Shown here: positions 39,635 through 49,133 of the stretch, piece after piece
How the letters are laid out: every line of letters begins with the position of its first letter
Numbering within the stretch: the first letter of the stretch is position 1
Source of the DNA: Oligoflexales bacterium
GTDB taxonomy: Bacteria > Bdellovibrionota_B > Oligoflexia > Oligoflexales > CAIYRB01
Direction: 5' to 3'
NCBI GenBank assembly: GCA_041736175.1
Contig: JBGSUI010000215.1
Location: forward strand, 1 to 52,791
DNA length: 52,791 nt
Translations under genes and position numbers: made by a program
The notes under the pieces: generated by a model
The model's database searches: none
The model's input: only the letters and a program-made list of their open reading frames with translations
Told to the model about the DNA's origin: nothing

Positions 39635-40687
39635 ATGGGTCCGACAAAGGAGACTCTCCTACAGCTGCTTTCAGGTGCGGACCAAGCCCTGATCGATGTG
39701 CGCTCTGAGACGGAGTTTGAGCAATCGGGAGTACCGGGATTCGTCTCGCTACCCTTGCTTTACCAGGAAGAGCGGAGGCAGGTGGGCCTCTGCTATAAAA
39801 CCCACGGTCAGGCTGCGGCCCTTACACTGGGACACCAGCTTGTTGATCCTTATCGCCCCCAAAGAGTCGCCAGCTGGATGGAGCAGATTGCAAATAGCAA
39901 ATCCCGCAAGGGTTTGGTGATGTGCTGGCGCGGCGGTTTGCGGTCCCAGATCGCCACCCAGTGGATTCAGGAAGCAGGGGGAGACGCCTCACAATGGGAG
40001 GGAGGATATAAACAGCTCCGGCAGCAGTTGCTCGGCATCTTAAACGAGCCACCACCCCTTCTGGTCCTGGGTGGAGGGACCGGCTCAGGCAAGACGGAGT
40101 TGTTGCGTGAATTCATCTCCCATGCCGTGGATCTTGAGGGTCTGGCCCGGCATAGGGGCAGCGCCTTTGGGGGGCTCCCAGCGCCGCAACCCAGCCAGAC
40201 GCGCTTCGAAAACGCTGTGGGTTTAGCTCTCCTTAAAAACCTTGTCCTGGTAGAAGACGAAGGACGATTGATCGGTAAAATATCCATCCCAAAATCCCTC
40301 TATCTGGCCATAGAGCGCGCTCCGATGATTCAACTGGAGTCCTCTCTTGAAGAACGGGTCCAGAGAATCTACGCCGAGTATGTCGCTCTCCCCCTATCCC
40401 AAGGTTTAGACTATCTCCAGCTCGAAGCCCGCCTGTTAGCCAATCTGGAGAAACTTCGCAGACGTCTCGACGCGGCCTATCCTGCCCTTAAGGATCAGCT
40501 TAAGAAAGCTTTTACAGAGAGGCCCGCCCTAGAACACCATGCTCCCTGGATCGAAGGGCTTTTGACGCGGTACTATGACCCAACCTATCTTTTTGCAGCT
40601 AAGAGAAATCAACGAACACCCGTGATTTGTGGCGACCTGGCAACCTGTCGCGCCTGGTTACAGGAAAGGTTTAAAACCCCATGGTAA
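39635..40687 (+). CDS. selU: tRNA 2-selenouridine synthase
   Basis: Rhodanese IDVRS..EF and CWRGGLRS; P-loop GGTGSGKT; DLEGLARHRGSAFG; EDEGRLIG; adjacent to selD. Confidence 0.93.
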   Translation: MGPTKETLLQLLSGADQALIDVRSETEFEQSGVPGFVSLPLLYQEERRQVGLCYKTHGQAAALTLGHQLVDPYRPQRVASWMEQIANSKSRKGLVMCWRGGLRSQIATQWIQEAGGDASQWEGGYKQLRQQLLGILNEPPPLLVLGGGTGSGKTELLREFISHAVDLEGLARHRGSAFGGLPAPQPSQTRFENAVGLALLKNLVLVEDEGRLIGKISIPKSLYLAIERAPMIQLESSLEERVQRIYAEYVALPLSQGLDYLQLEARLLANLEKLRRRLDAAYPALKDQLKKAFTERPALEHHAPWIEGLLTRYYDPTYLFAAKRNQRTPVICGDLATCRAWLQERFKTPW

Positions 40688-42819
40688 AAAAACGTCTCCT
40701 CTTGCTCGGCGGTGGTCACACCCATGCACTGTTGATAAGACAGTTAGCCATGAAACCGATCCCAGGCGTCCAGGTCATGCTGGTTTCCGCCCAAAGTCTG
40801 GCACCCTATTCGGGCATGCTTCCCGGTCACCTGGAGGGGATTTATGGCCACAGTGAGATGCATATCGATCTGGTGAAACTATGTGGGGCCGCTGGAGTCA
40901 GCTTTATCCAAGCAACCGCCTGCGGCATCGACAAAGACCAACAAAAAGTTGTTCTTGTGGATCGTCCATCCCTCTCGTTTGATGTGCTGTCGATCAATAT
41001 CGGCAGCCTTCCCGAAAAAGAAGTTTGGGGAATTGGTATCAAACCTATCCACGAGTTATTAGGGCAATGGTCCCAGATCGAATCCGCAAGCTCCATCGCC
41101 ATTATGGGGGGAGGTGCCGGAGGAGTCGAAGTTGCCCTTAGTTTGCAGGCGCGGTTTTTGGGGCGTAAAAAAATATCTCTTTTCCATCGGGACCCAGAAC
41201 TGTTGTCCCAAGCACCGCGCGGTCTGCGAACTAAAATGGCGGCTCTCTGTCGCGAACGGGGGATTCAGCTCCACCTGGACCATAAAGATGCTGCAACCCT
41301 CGCCCAGTCCCACGATCTGGTGCTGTGGACCACCAGTGCCCGTGGACCCGACATGCTGCGGGACTCAGAGCTTGCGTTGGACCCAAGGGGCTTTCTTTTG
41401 ACCAATGAGCAGTTGCTATGCCGTGGGCAAACAAATATTTTTGCCGTGGGCGACTGTGCCCATATCCAAGGCCAGTATCGGCCCCGTTCAGGGGTTTATG
41501 CGGTGCGCCTCGCCCAGCCTTTGGCTGACAATATCCGGCGTTACTTTAGGGGCGAACCCTTAAAGAAAGTTGACCTACAGAAATCCCACCTGGCTTTACT
41601 CGCCACTGGGGGCCGTGAGGCGATCCTTCTCCGTGGTGGGTATTACGGGCCGTCCAAATGGATTTGGAAAGTTAAGGACCGTATCGATCGTGGGTTTATG
41701 ACCAAATTCCAAGACTTGAAACCCGCCCCTATGATGACCGTAAACGAAGATCCCATGCGCTGTCTGGGCTGCGGCGCTAAAGTGCCCGGCACGATCCTCA
41801 AAACAGTATTAGCACTCTTAGCTAAGGACTATCCCGCAGTCCTAAAGGATGCGGTTGCAATTAAAGACGGCGAGATTAGTTCCCTTGAAAGCCAATCCCG
41901 CAAAAGCCAAGCCTTTGCCATGGGCGAAGACGTGGCACTTGTGCATGGGCAAGATTGGATGATGCAGTCTTTGGACTATTTCCCTGCTTGCCTCGACGAT
42001 CCTTTTGTCCTAGGAAAAATAGCGTGTCTCCATGCCGCCGGAGATCTGATCGCCAAAGGCGGGCGACCTGCGTCGGGGCTTGTCTTGGCTGTTCTGCCCC
42101 ACAAAGCTCCACTGCTTCTCCAAGACGATCTCTACCAACTCCTCGCCGGAGTAGCCTCCGTGCTCCAAACTATGGGTGCACGCCTCCTAGGAGGGCATAC
42201 GGCCGAGGGTCAACAGATGGCGGTGGGCCTACACCTCCAGGGACCAAAGCCTCAAGGGGCACGGTGGAAACCTAAGTCCGGTCTGCGGGTCGGTGATGCC
42301 TTGATTCTCACCAAAGCCCTTGGCACCGGACTGATCCTCGCTGGACAGATGCGCCAGCTTACCCGAGGCCTTTGGATGGAACGATGTGTGGAATCCATGC
42401 TTCTAAATCACGAAAAGTTGATTGATCTCATCGCCGATGAAAGGGTCCATGGTGCCACGGATGTGACTGGATTTGGCCTGTTGGGACATCTCGCTGAAAT
42501 GGTCCATGCAAGCAGCGTCGGTGTCGAGATTCGCCGGCAGGATCTGCCCCTACTCCCGGGAGTCAACGAACTGCTCAAGCTGGGTGTTCGGAGCACCCTA
42601 GCCTTAGACAACGAGAACTACGCGGCATCACTATGCACCCTATCGCCGCTCGTAGACGCTGATCTGCTGTGCGATCCACAAACTTCGGGTGGTTTGCTGC
42701 TGAGCGTGTCTACGGATGATGCAGAGGCCTGGGTGACGGCTGCACAAGAGGCTGGGTTTTCCCAGTGCCGCATCATCGGACAGGTCCTCCCAGGCCCCGC
42801 AGGGATCAGCATAGGCTAG
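40681..42819 (+). CDS. selD: Selenide, water dikinase with N-terminal FAD/NAD(P) oxidoreductase domain
   Basis: LLLLGGGHTH N-domain; MRCLGCGAKV (Cys form), ED, GGHT, LTKALGTG, TDVTGFGLLGHL, DPQTSGGLL. Confidence 0.93.
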   Translation: MVKKRLLLLGGGHTHALLIRQLAMKPIPGVQVMLVSAQSLAPYSGMLPGHLEGIYGHSEMHIDLVKLCGAAGVSFIQATACGIDKDQQKVVLVDRPSLSFDVLSINIGSLPEKEVWGIGIKPIHELLGQWSQIESASSIAIMGGGAGGVEVALSLQARFLGRKKISLFHRDPELLSQAPRGLRTKMAALCRERGIQLHLDHKDAATLAQSHDLVLWTTSARGPDMLRDSELALDPRGFLLTNEQLLCRGQTNIFAVGDCAHIQGQYRPRSGVYAVRLAQPLADNIRRYFRGEPLKKVDLQKSHLALLATGGREAILLRGGYYGPSKWIWKVKDRIDRGFMTKFQDLKPAPMMTVNEDPMRCLGCGAKVPGTILKTVLALLAKDYPAVLKDAVAIKDGEISSLESQSRKSQAFAMGEDVALVHGQDWMMQSLDYFPACLDDPFVLGKIACLHAAGDLIAKGGRPASGLVLAVLPHKAPLLLQDDLYQLLAGVASVLQTMGARLLGGHTAEGQQMAVGLHLQGPKPQGARWKPKSGLRVGDALILTKALGTGLILAGQMRQLTRGLWMERCVESMLLNHEKLIDLIADERVHGATDVTGFGLLGHLAEMVHASSVGVEIRRQDLPLLPGVNELLKLGVRSTLALDNENYAASLCTLSPLVDADLLCDPQTSGGLLLSVSTDDAEAWVTAAQEAGFSQCRIIGQVLPGPAGISIG

Positions 42820-42865
42820 TTTTAATGGATCGTTAGGTGCGTGAATGCTGCGGTTATCTGGGTTG

Positions 42866-43432
42866 TTATTTCCCTTTGGGCGCTTTGCTCTCGTATTTTT
42901 TACAGATTGTTTTGGCTGAGTCATCGGTCTTTAAGGAAAGATAATCTTTAAGAGGTTTTGATGCTTGTTGATTACCTTCTTGAGGAACCACATTTTCGTA
43001 TAAAAATGGCTGAAAATAAGGCTCTCCAGATTTGTCAGCAGGGCAGGCAACCATCATTTTAGATTCGGCATTTTTACTCCCAACTTTCAAAGAATCAGGG
43101 CAAGGTCCCTTAGCGATCCCAGGAAATTGACCGTTAGGTGGTTTCTTTTGAAACCCTAAACAGGCCCCAACATTGATAGCTTTAGTTTTTGCAATCCAGT
43201 GATAGCCTTTAAGTTCGATGGTCCCTTTTAACTCTTCTTTCTTTTGATCGCTTTCTTCCGTTTTTTTTGAGTCACCGGATCCTGTTTGACCACTCGCTCC
43301 CTGACTTGTACTGGTTTGCGTGTTGCCCTTGCTAGGGCTTGCGGCCGGAGTCTTATCCTTGTTTGTAGAAGACCCACAAGCGACTGCCATGGCACCTAAT
43401 ACGATCGACAAGAGAAACAGGACTTTGATCAT
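42866..43432 (-). CDS. Hypothetical lipoprotein
   Basis: GGGAG RBS, ATG 43432, lipobox AVAC, Ser/Thr/Lys-rich linker, four Cys in the globular part. Confidence 0.7.
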   Translation of the reverse strand: MIKVLFLLSIVLGAMAVACGSSTNKDKTPAASPSKGNTQTSTSQGASGQTGSGDSKKTEESDQKKEELKGTIELKGYHWIAKTKAINVGACLGFQKKPPNGQFPGIAKGPCPDSLKVGSKNAESKMMVACPADKSGEPYFQPFLYENVVPQEGNQQASKPLKDYLSLKTDDSAKTICKKYESKAPKGK

Positions 43433-43478
43433 GAGAAGACTCCCTGTATAAAAAATTGAAGCGATAGTTTTTAATTCC

Positions 43479-43494
43479 TGCAAGATTTAAGCCG
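43479..43494 (-). promoter_or_regulatory. sigma54 promoter
   Basis: Minus strand CGGCTTAAATCTTGCA = GG-N10-GC, about 47 bp upstream of ATG 43432. Confidence 0.6.
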
Positions 43495-43561
43495 AGTTAG
43501 AAACGGATTTTTACTGTGATTTATCTGGAGGTTGCCGGTGGCATCCGTGGGATTTTCTGTC

Positions 43562-43588
43562 TAAGGTTTAGTGAGGGGGAGCCGTTTG
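43562..43588 (+). promoter_or_regulatory. Possible sigma28-like promoter
   Basis: TAAG-N15-GCCGTTTG upstream of the DUF1592 gene. Confidence 0.3.
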
Positions 43589-43671
43589 TGATCGATAACT
43601 TGCCAACGGGCGTGTTTTTATTTATGATTTTAGAAATATTTCAACCACTGTGAATAAGACTGCCCCAATCT

Positions 43672-45285
43672 ATGAAATTATTTATATGTGCCCTGTTCCT
43701 GCTGCTGGCTTCGACACCAGCTTTTCCAGATCCCTGTGATCAGTCAGTCCTGGTCAGCTCGCCAACCTTGCGCCTCTCGAGTCGAGACTATAGCCAAGCG
43801 ATCACCTCGCTGTTTGGGCGCTTTATGGCAAAGGATAAATTGGAAAGTATTCTGGCATCGATTCCAAGCGACCACCAGCGCGGGGGACCGGTGTTTGACC
43901 AGATGAAGCAGAGTTTGAGCTTTGATTTAATCCAAGCCTATGCAATGGTCGGCGAAAATCTCAGTGACGAACTGAAACATCATGATGAGTGGTTTGATGA
44001 GGTTCTTGGTAGTCCCGGGTGCAAATCAAATCTCGAGGCTCGTTGTTTAGAAAATTTCTTTTGGAATCTCGGGCGCCCTTTGTTTCGTCGGCCACTTAGC
44101 GACAGTGAAAAAAATCGCTACTACCGGTTTGTGGAACAAGCATCCGGTGATGCCCGGCACAAAGTTTTGCTGATGACCCAGAGCCTCTTGCAAGCTCCAG
44201 CCTTTATTTTCCGCTCCGAGAGACAAGGCACCGACGGTGGCGATGGTCTTTTTGCCCTCACCGAGTATGAACTCGCTGCACGGCTCGCCGCCTTTTTATG
44301 GCGCTCTATCCCCGATCGCCAGCTATTGGACCTTGCAAAAGAGGAGCAGCTACGTAAAAATTGGGATACCGAGGTCACCCGCATGATGGAGAATCCTCGC
44401 TTTGAAGGTATGTTGGATCACTTTTATAGATCTTGGCTCAATCTGGATTTTATGCCTTCGGCCCATTACTCGGAGAGTTTTCTCGAGGGACTCCCCCTAA
44501 AGACCGACGATTATATTCCGCAACTCAGCCATGAGATCCTTTCGTTTACGAGGTATATAACCCAGAATCATTTTTATTTCGCAGATCTGGTAAGTTCCCG
44601 CCAAGTTCTGGCCGACTCTGATTTTCTGGCGCGCCTCTATGGGACCACTAAACAAAATTCTTTTCAAGAATTAGCCACGAGACCAGGCATCCTTTCACGG
44701 GCCGGACTTTTGGCCAACGGTTTGGACTATGCCTCCATCGTTAAGCGCGGCCTTTGGCTTAACTCTCGCATTCTCTGCCGTGAGATCCCACCCCCTCCTG
44801 ATCCCTCGGTCACGGCAAACCCACCCCGACCGAATCCACTGGCGAGTTCCCGACACCAGCTCGAGTCGCTTACCGGTCAAGGTTCATGTGTGTCCTGTCA
44901 CAAATTGATCAATCCACCAGGTTTTGTCCTAGAACAGTATGATTCTCTAGGTCGGTTCCGTACTGCCGAAAAAGTTTTTTCGGATCGTGGTGTCATCACC
45001 CATCCTTTAGATACCAGCCTGTCGACCGCAAATATTGACAGCAGCGCGGACCCTCAAGTGAATGACATCTACGGTTATACAGACATCTTAGCCAAAAGCC
45101 CACGGGCTCATCAGTGCTTTGTGAACCATTGGTATATGTATGCCTTTGCCAGAAAACCGGCGGCGAAAGAACGGTGCATGATCAATGATTTTGCCGCAAA
45201 AATGCAACGCAAAGATTTGAGCATTAAACAAATGATCCGCGAAATCACCAAGCATCCCTTTTTTCATTACGCAAAAACAAGGTAA
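43672..45285 (+). CDS. DUF1592/DUF1588 (with DUF1595/DUF1585) domain protein with a CxxCH motif
   Basis: LRLSSRDY, LFRRPL, P.FIFR.E, YELAARLAAFLWRSIPD, RPGILS, KRG, CVSCH..INPPGF.LE.YD.LGRFR. Confidence 0.88.
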   Translation: MKLFICALFLLLASTPAFPDPCDQSVLVSSPTLRLSSRDYSQAITSLFGRFMAKDKLESILASIPSDHQRGGPVFDQMKQSLSFDLIQAYAMVGENLSDELKHHDEWFDEVLGSPGCKSNLEARCLENFFWNLGRPLFRRPLSDSEKNRYYRFVEQASGDARHKVLLMTQSLLQAPAFIFRSERQGTDGGDGLFALTEYELAARLAAFLWRSIPDRQLLDLAKEEQLRKNWDTEVTRMMENPRFEGMLDHFYRSWLNLDFMPSAHYSESFLEGLPLKTDDYIPQLSHEILSFTRYITQNHFYFADLVSSRQVLADSDFLARLYGTTKQNSFQELATRPGILSRAGLLANGLDYASIVKRGLWLNSRILCREIPPPPDPSVTANPPRPNPLASSRHQLESLTGQGSCVSCHKLINPPGFVLEQYDSLGRFRTAEKVFSDRGVITHPLDTSLSTANIDSSADPQVNDIYGYTDILAKSPRAHQCFVNHWYMYAFARKPAAKERCMINDFAAKMQRKDLSIKQMIREITKHPFFHYAKTR

Positions 45286-45290
45286 CATTT

Positions 45291-46748
45291 ATGGCGAGCG
45301 ATTCCCAAGATAGGCGTCATTTTTTAAGAACGATGGGTGGAGCCCTGGTCGCTATACCCTTTTTACCTTCGCGCTTGTCCGCAGCACAACTCCTGGCGAC
45401 AAAGCCCCAGGCCCGGTTTATCACCGTTTTTAACGGTCATGGGCAGTCCCAAACAAATTGGCATCCCGCAGTCGATCTCTATAAACAAAGAGATAGAGAG
45501 GGAGCGCGAGAAGGAGAAGGAGGTGATGATATCAGGCAGATGGCGCTCAGTCAGATTGCGGACCCTCTTTCCAGTGTTCTCCAGCCTCTTTCTTTGTTTA
45601 AAAATGATATCAATATCCTCGCGGGTCTGGATTCTTTAGCACAAACCCACAATCATAACCCCCGCACCACACTCTGCGCCGGTGGCAACGGGGAGAGCGT
45701 GGACCAGATTCTGCTGAGATCGACCCAGTTCAACCCCCAGCGCTTAAGCGCCATGCATCTGGTGGGCTCCAATGTCGGCTATAAAAATCAACCTATTTCC
45801 TATCGAAGCACAGGCCAAGGTATACAGGGCGTCGAAGCCATCCACAACCCTCAGATGGCCTTTGATAGTTTTTTCGGGAGCCAAGTAAGCGACGAAGTAC
45901 GACGCAATAGAAAAACGGTAGCATCTCTGGTCCTGGATGATTTTAAAACCCTGCGACGGGACCCACGCCTTTCTACAGTGGACCAGCAACGCCTCGACGA
46001 ATACCTGACTCATCTAGAGGAGCTGCAGCAGAGAATCGACCAGGTGACTTCAGGGGGACAGGTGTTGCGGCGACCTAGCGTGTTCCCGCGGGTTGCTGAT
46101 TCTTCCCAGGACGACGAGATTATCGATGCTCATATTGATTTGATCCTGCTAGGAGTCCGCTGCAACCAACTCGCGACGGCAACACTACAGTTGAGCACAG
46201 ACACCGACAACTCGGTATACTCCTTTTTAGGAGTCAACAGAGATTTTCACACCATATCCCATGGGTACGACCTACCCGAGAGCGAACTCCCTAAGATCAA
46301 TCAATGGATGGCCAGCAAGCTTGCCCGGCTGATTGGTAGGCTTAGGGATGTTGAGAATCCGGCGACAGGAGATCGTTATCTGGATAACACTCTTGTTTAT
46401 TGGGGCAATGATATGGGATGTATGCCTCGTATCGGCAGCAATCACCAGGCGAATGATCTGCCGATCCTCACGGCAGGGAGTGGTGGAGGAAGATTTGTCA
46501 CAGGCCAGTATCTGGCCTACGGGGATTTTCGCCGTAATAGGGGTCGACCCTATAATGAGTTCCTAATATCTATCTTGCAAGGATTTGGGCTTTCGAGCGC
46601 AGAATATCAACAAAATGGTTATAAGGGATTTGGAGCTTACGATCGATTGCGGCGTATAGACACTGAGGCACGACCTGTCGAAGGCGGTTTTTATAATCTG
46701 TCACAAAAAAACCAGGTTCTTCCAGAGTTTTTGTTGAGCAAAGATTAA
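45291..46748 (+). CDS. DUF1552 domain protein (Tat-exported)
   Basis: RRHFLR...PFLPS; D.QRLDEYL..LEEL; FH.ISH; LDNTLVYWGNDMG...H...LP; typical partner of DUF1592. Confidence 0.88.
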   Translation: MASDSQDRRHFLRTMGGALVAIPFLPSRLSAAQLLATKPQARFITVFNGHGQSQTNWHPAVDLYKQRDREGAREGEGGDDIRQMALSQIADPLSSVLQPLSLFKNDINILAGLDSLAQTHNHNPRTTLCAGGNGESVDQILLRSTQFNPQRLSAMHLVGSNVGYKNQPISYRSTGQGIQGVEAIHNPQMAFDSFFGSQVSDEVRRNRKTVASLVLDDFKTLRRDPRLSTVDQQRLDEYLTHLEELQQRIDQVTSGGQVLRRPSVFPRVADSSQDDEIIDAHIDLILLGVRCNQLATATLQLSTDTDNSVYSFLGVNRDFHTISHGYDLPESELPKINQWMASKLARLIGRLRDVENPATGDRYLDNTLVYWGNDMGCMPRIGSNHQANDLPILTAGSGGGRFVTGQYLAYGDFRRNRGRPYNEFLISILQGFGLSSAEYQQNGYKGFGAYDRLRRIDTEARPVEGGFYNLSQKNQVLPEFLLSKD

Positions 46749-46749
46749 A

Positions 46750-48027
46750 TCAGTGCCAGCCATCGATGATCACAAGCTTGCCAGAGTAATCCACGGCTCC
46801 CCAAACTCCCTGGGTGACTTCGACCAAGTGGGGATAGGTTAGAGACCCCGGAGGAACTTTAAGGATTTTTTGCGACGAGACAGCCTTACCCGCCGCTACA
46901 AACTCGGACGAAAACACACCTCGATTGATTTGGATTCTAAGACCTTGGGCACTTACCAATTTCAAGTCGTTCGGGTTTGTGTTTATGATTTTTTCACTGG
47001 CAATAAGGTCGTTATAGGAGATGATTGATCCTAAAGGTCTCGGTAGATGCTTCAAACGATTAGGATTTGCCAAATTGACCAGAAATGGTCGACCACCTTC
47101 CAATGCAACAATATACTCTTTGTCATAGGGCCAAATTTTTTGCAGCACCAAACAGTATGATTTTGTTTTGTGAGCTTGAGCATCCCCAAAGGTTCCGACT
47201 ATCATTTTGCCGTTAAAGGCCACAACAAAGATGTCTTCAAAAGCTGTCATCACTGGGATCGAAACAGTATTTCTCAGATCATGGTCGATCAGGGCACGGT
47301 TTGAAATAGCGAGGTCCCTGTTATTCGTGAGAATTGCCTGGAGCAGAAGGGCTTGTGGACCGGTTCCGTGGATCAGGATTAAAAAATGACCCGCTTTATA
47401 CTGCGTGACCTCTACGATTTTAACTTGGTTTCCTGCGTTGGCCTCCCTGAAAACGTTGATACCGAGCACGAGCTTCTGAGGGTTCCCCCCATGACTGTCG
47501 ACTGAAACGACAGAGACGGTACCATCCGTACCGAAACCTATCACTCCGTGGCGGCTGAGGGGCAGCACAAAAGCACAGGCATGGCCCTGACGTCCCCCCG
47601 GATTGCAAAAATCAGGGATGACCGAAATTTTTGGATCAGCGACTTTGGCATCATAAAATCGGAAAAAACTCCGCACAAAGGCCTTACTTAATTCCATAGG
47701 ATTCGGGTTGTTGGTTAAGATATCATTCGGTGCTACTTTTTGCGCTTTCGTGCTTAGATATTTAAGCAATGGGGATGTTATTTGGAGGGTTCTATCCGCC
47801 AATGTTTCTCGCAGCCATTGAACGATCTCGAACTCAGTGAGTTTTTTGAGAATCTTTTCCTGACATTCAATGGAGAGTCGCTCAAAACTCCTCCGATTCC
47901 GTGAAGGAAGCTCACAGGTGCCATCGCTGCCGCTTAGGAGGGAAGCACTCGTTGGCTGAGTGCAGCTTGGTGATAGATAAAGGATGACGCTAAGAAAAAT
48001 AAAACTTTTAATGCAGCTAGGTCTCAT
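46750..48027 (-). CDS. Hypothetical exported (lipo)protein, beta-rich C-terminal region
   Basis: GAGAGGA RBS; hydrophobic signal ending SPSC; no family recognised. Confidence 0.65.
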   Translation of the reverse strand: MRPSCIKSFIFLSVILYLSPSCTQPTSASLLSGSDGTCELPSRNRRSFERLSIECQEKILKKLTEFEIVQWLRETLADRTLQITSPLLKYLSTKAQKVAPNDILTNNPNPMELSKAFVRSFFRFYDAKVADPKISVIPDFCNPGGRQGHACAFVLPLSRHGVIGFGTDGTVSVVSVDSHGGNPQKLVLGINVFREANAGNQVKIVEVTQYKAGHFLILIHGTGPQALLLQAILTNNRDLAISNRALIDHDLRNTVSIPVMTAFEDIFVVAFNGKMIVGTFGDAQAHKTKSYCLVLQKIWPYDKEYIVALEGGRPFLVNLANPNRLKHLPRPLGSIISYNDLIASEKIINTNPNDLKLVSAQGLRIQINRGVFSSEFVAAGKAVSSQKILKVPPGSLTYPHLVEVTQGVWGAVDYSGKLVIIDGWH

Positions 48028-48065
48028 AGACATTCCTCTCAAAAAAGTGGTACGGGCTTTGGACC

Positions 48066-48081
48066 TGCAAGAAAGTTGCCA
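48066..48081 (-). promoter_or_regulatory. sigma54 promoter
   Basis: Minus strand TGGCAACTTTCTTGCA = GG-N10-GC, about 39 bp upstream of ATG 48027. Confidence 0.75.
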
Positions 48082-48373
48082 ATGGTGACTGGGGAGGCGG
48101 GAAAATGCGCTGCTTTTCTGGTATCTCTCTAGAAATGCTCAGATTAAGCTGAGATTCAGGTATTGGTCAGCTTTTTGTGTGTTAGAAATCCGTGGGACTG
48201 GGAAAAATCCCTGGAAATCTAAACAACTCCCTAATTATTCATTCAAAATCCAAACCGAAAGGCCAGCCGACCATGAAGTACAAACAACCTCTTTCACAAG
48301 GTTATGTCAAAGGCGAAGTAGAGACAAAAGTGAGCAAGTATATGGCAAGTGTTTTATTTATACCAACCTCTTT

Positions 48374-49078
48374 TTAAATCTCCTGAGGATCTTTGGAAAG
48401 CGGAGATAAAGCAGATGCGTCCCCTAGGGCCATCCATACATAGAGCTTAGCAGCTAACACACATCCAAGACTTGGTCCCAAAAGATAGATCCAAAGGTGA
48501 TCCCATTGGCCAGACATCAAGGCGGGACCAAAAGAACGAGCCGGATTCATGGAAGCGCCCGTCATTGGCCCCCCAAAGGTGGCATCCAAACAGACTATAG
48601 AACCCACAGCAAACCCTGCAATTCCCGGGACAACGCGTTTGTCCGTGGCCACCGCCATCACCATAATCATCAACATAAAAGATAGCACCGTCTCACAAAT
48701 CAGGGCTTTCCAAGGCAAAATCAAGGGTATAGTAGCTCCAAATGCAGGCCCGACCATAATGAGTTGCAGCAGAGCCATTCCGCAGATACCACCTACAAAC
48801 TGGGCCGTGATATAAGCTACCAGGTCTTTTGTCGACATACGTCCGATCCACCAAAAGCCTAGGGACACAGAAGGATTAAAGTGGGCAGCAGAAATATGAC
48901 CTAAACTGTAAATCATGGTCGCCACTGCAAGCCCAAAGGCTACAGGTACGAGAGCCGAGGAGATAAAGCCGCCTTGGCTCATGGAAATCGCTCCACAACC
49001 AGCAAACACAATAATCATTGTCCCTAAAGCCTCGGCACAGGAACGCTGCATCAGATCAGATGGTGAAGTCAATCCCAT
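48374..49078 (-). CDS. MIP family channel (NIP-like aquaporin/aquaglyceroporin), arsenic-cluster associated
   Basis: AEALGT, HISAAHFNPSVS, GASMNPARSFGPA; downstream of arsM. Confidence 0.92.
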   Translation of the reverse strand: MGLTSPSDLMQRSCAEALGTMIIVFAGCGAISMSQGGFISSALVPVAFGLAVATMIYSLGHISAAHFNPSVSLGFWWIGRMSTKDLVAYITAQFVGGICGMALLQLIMVGPAFGATIPLILPWKALICETVLSFMLMIMVMAVATDKRVVPGIAGFAVGSIVCLDATFGGPMTGASMNPARSFGPALMSGQWDHLWIYLLGPSLGCVLAAKLYVWMALGDASALSPLSKDPQEI

Positions 49079-49133
49079 AGAAAAATCCTTTTTGTTCGCC
49101 GGTAAAATAAAAGAGAATGACTCAAGGCCTTAC

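Noticed and set aside
40681..42819. Selenoneine (senABC) cluster
   Set aside because: No SenA/EgtB-like or SenB (TIGR04348) gene is adjacent; selU explains selD
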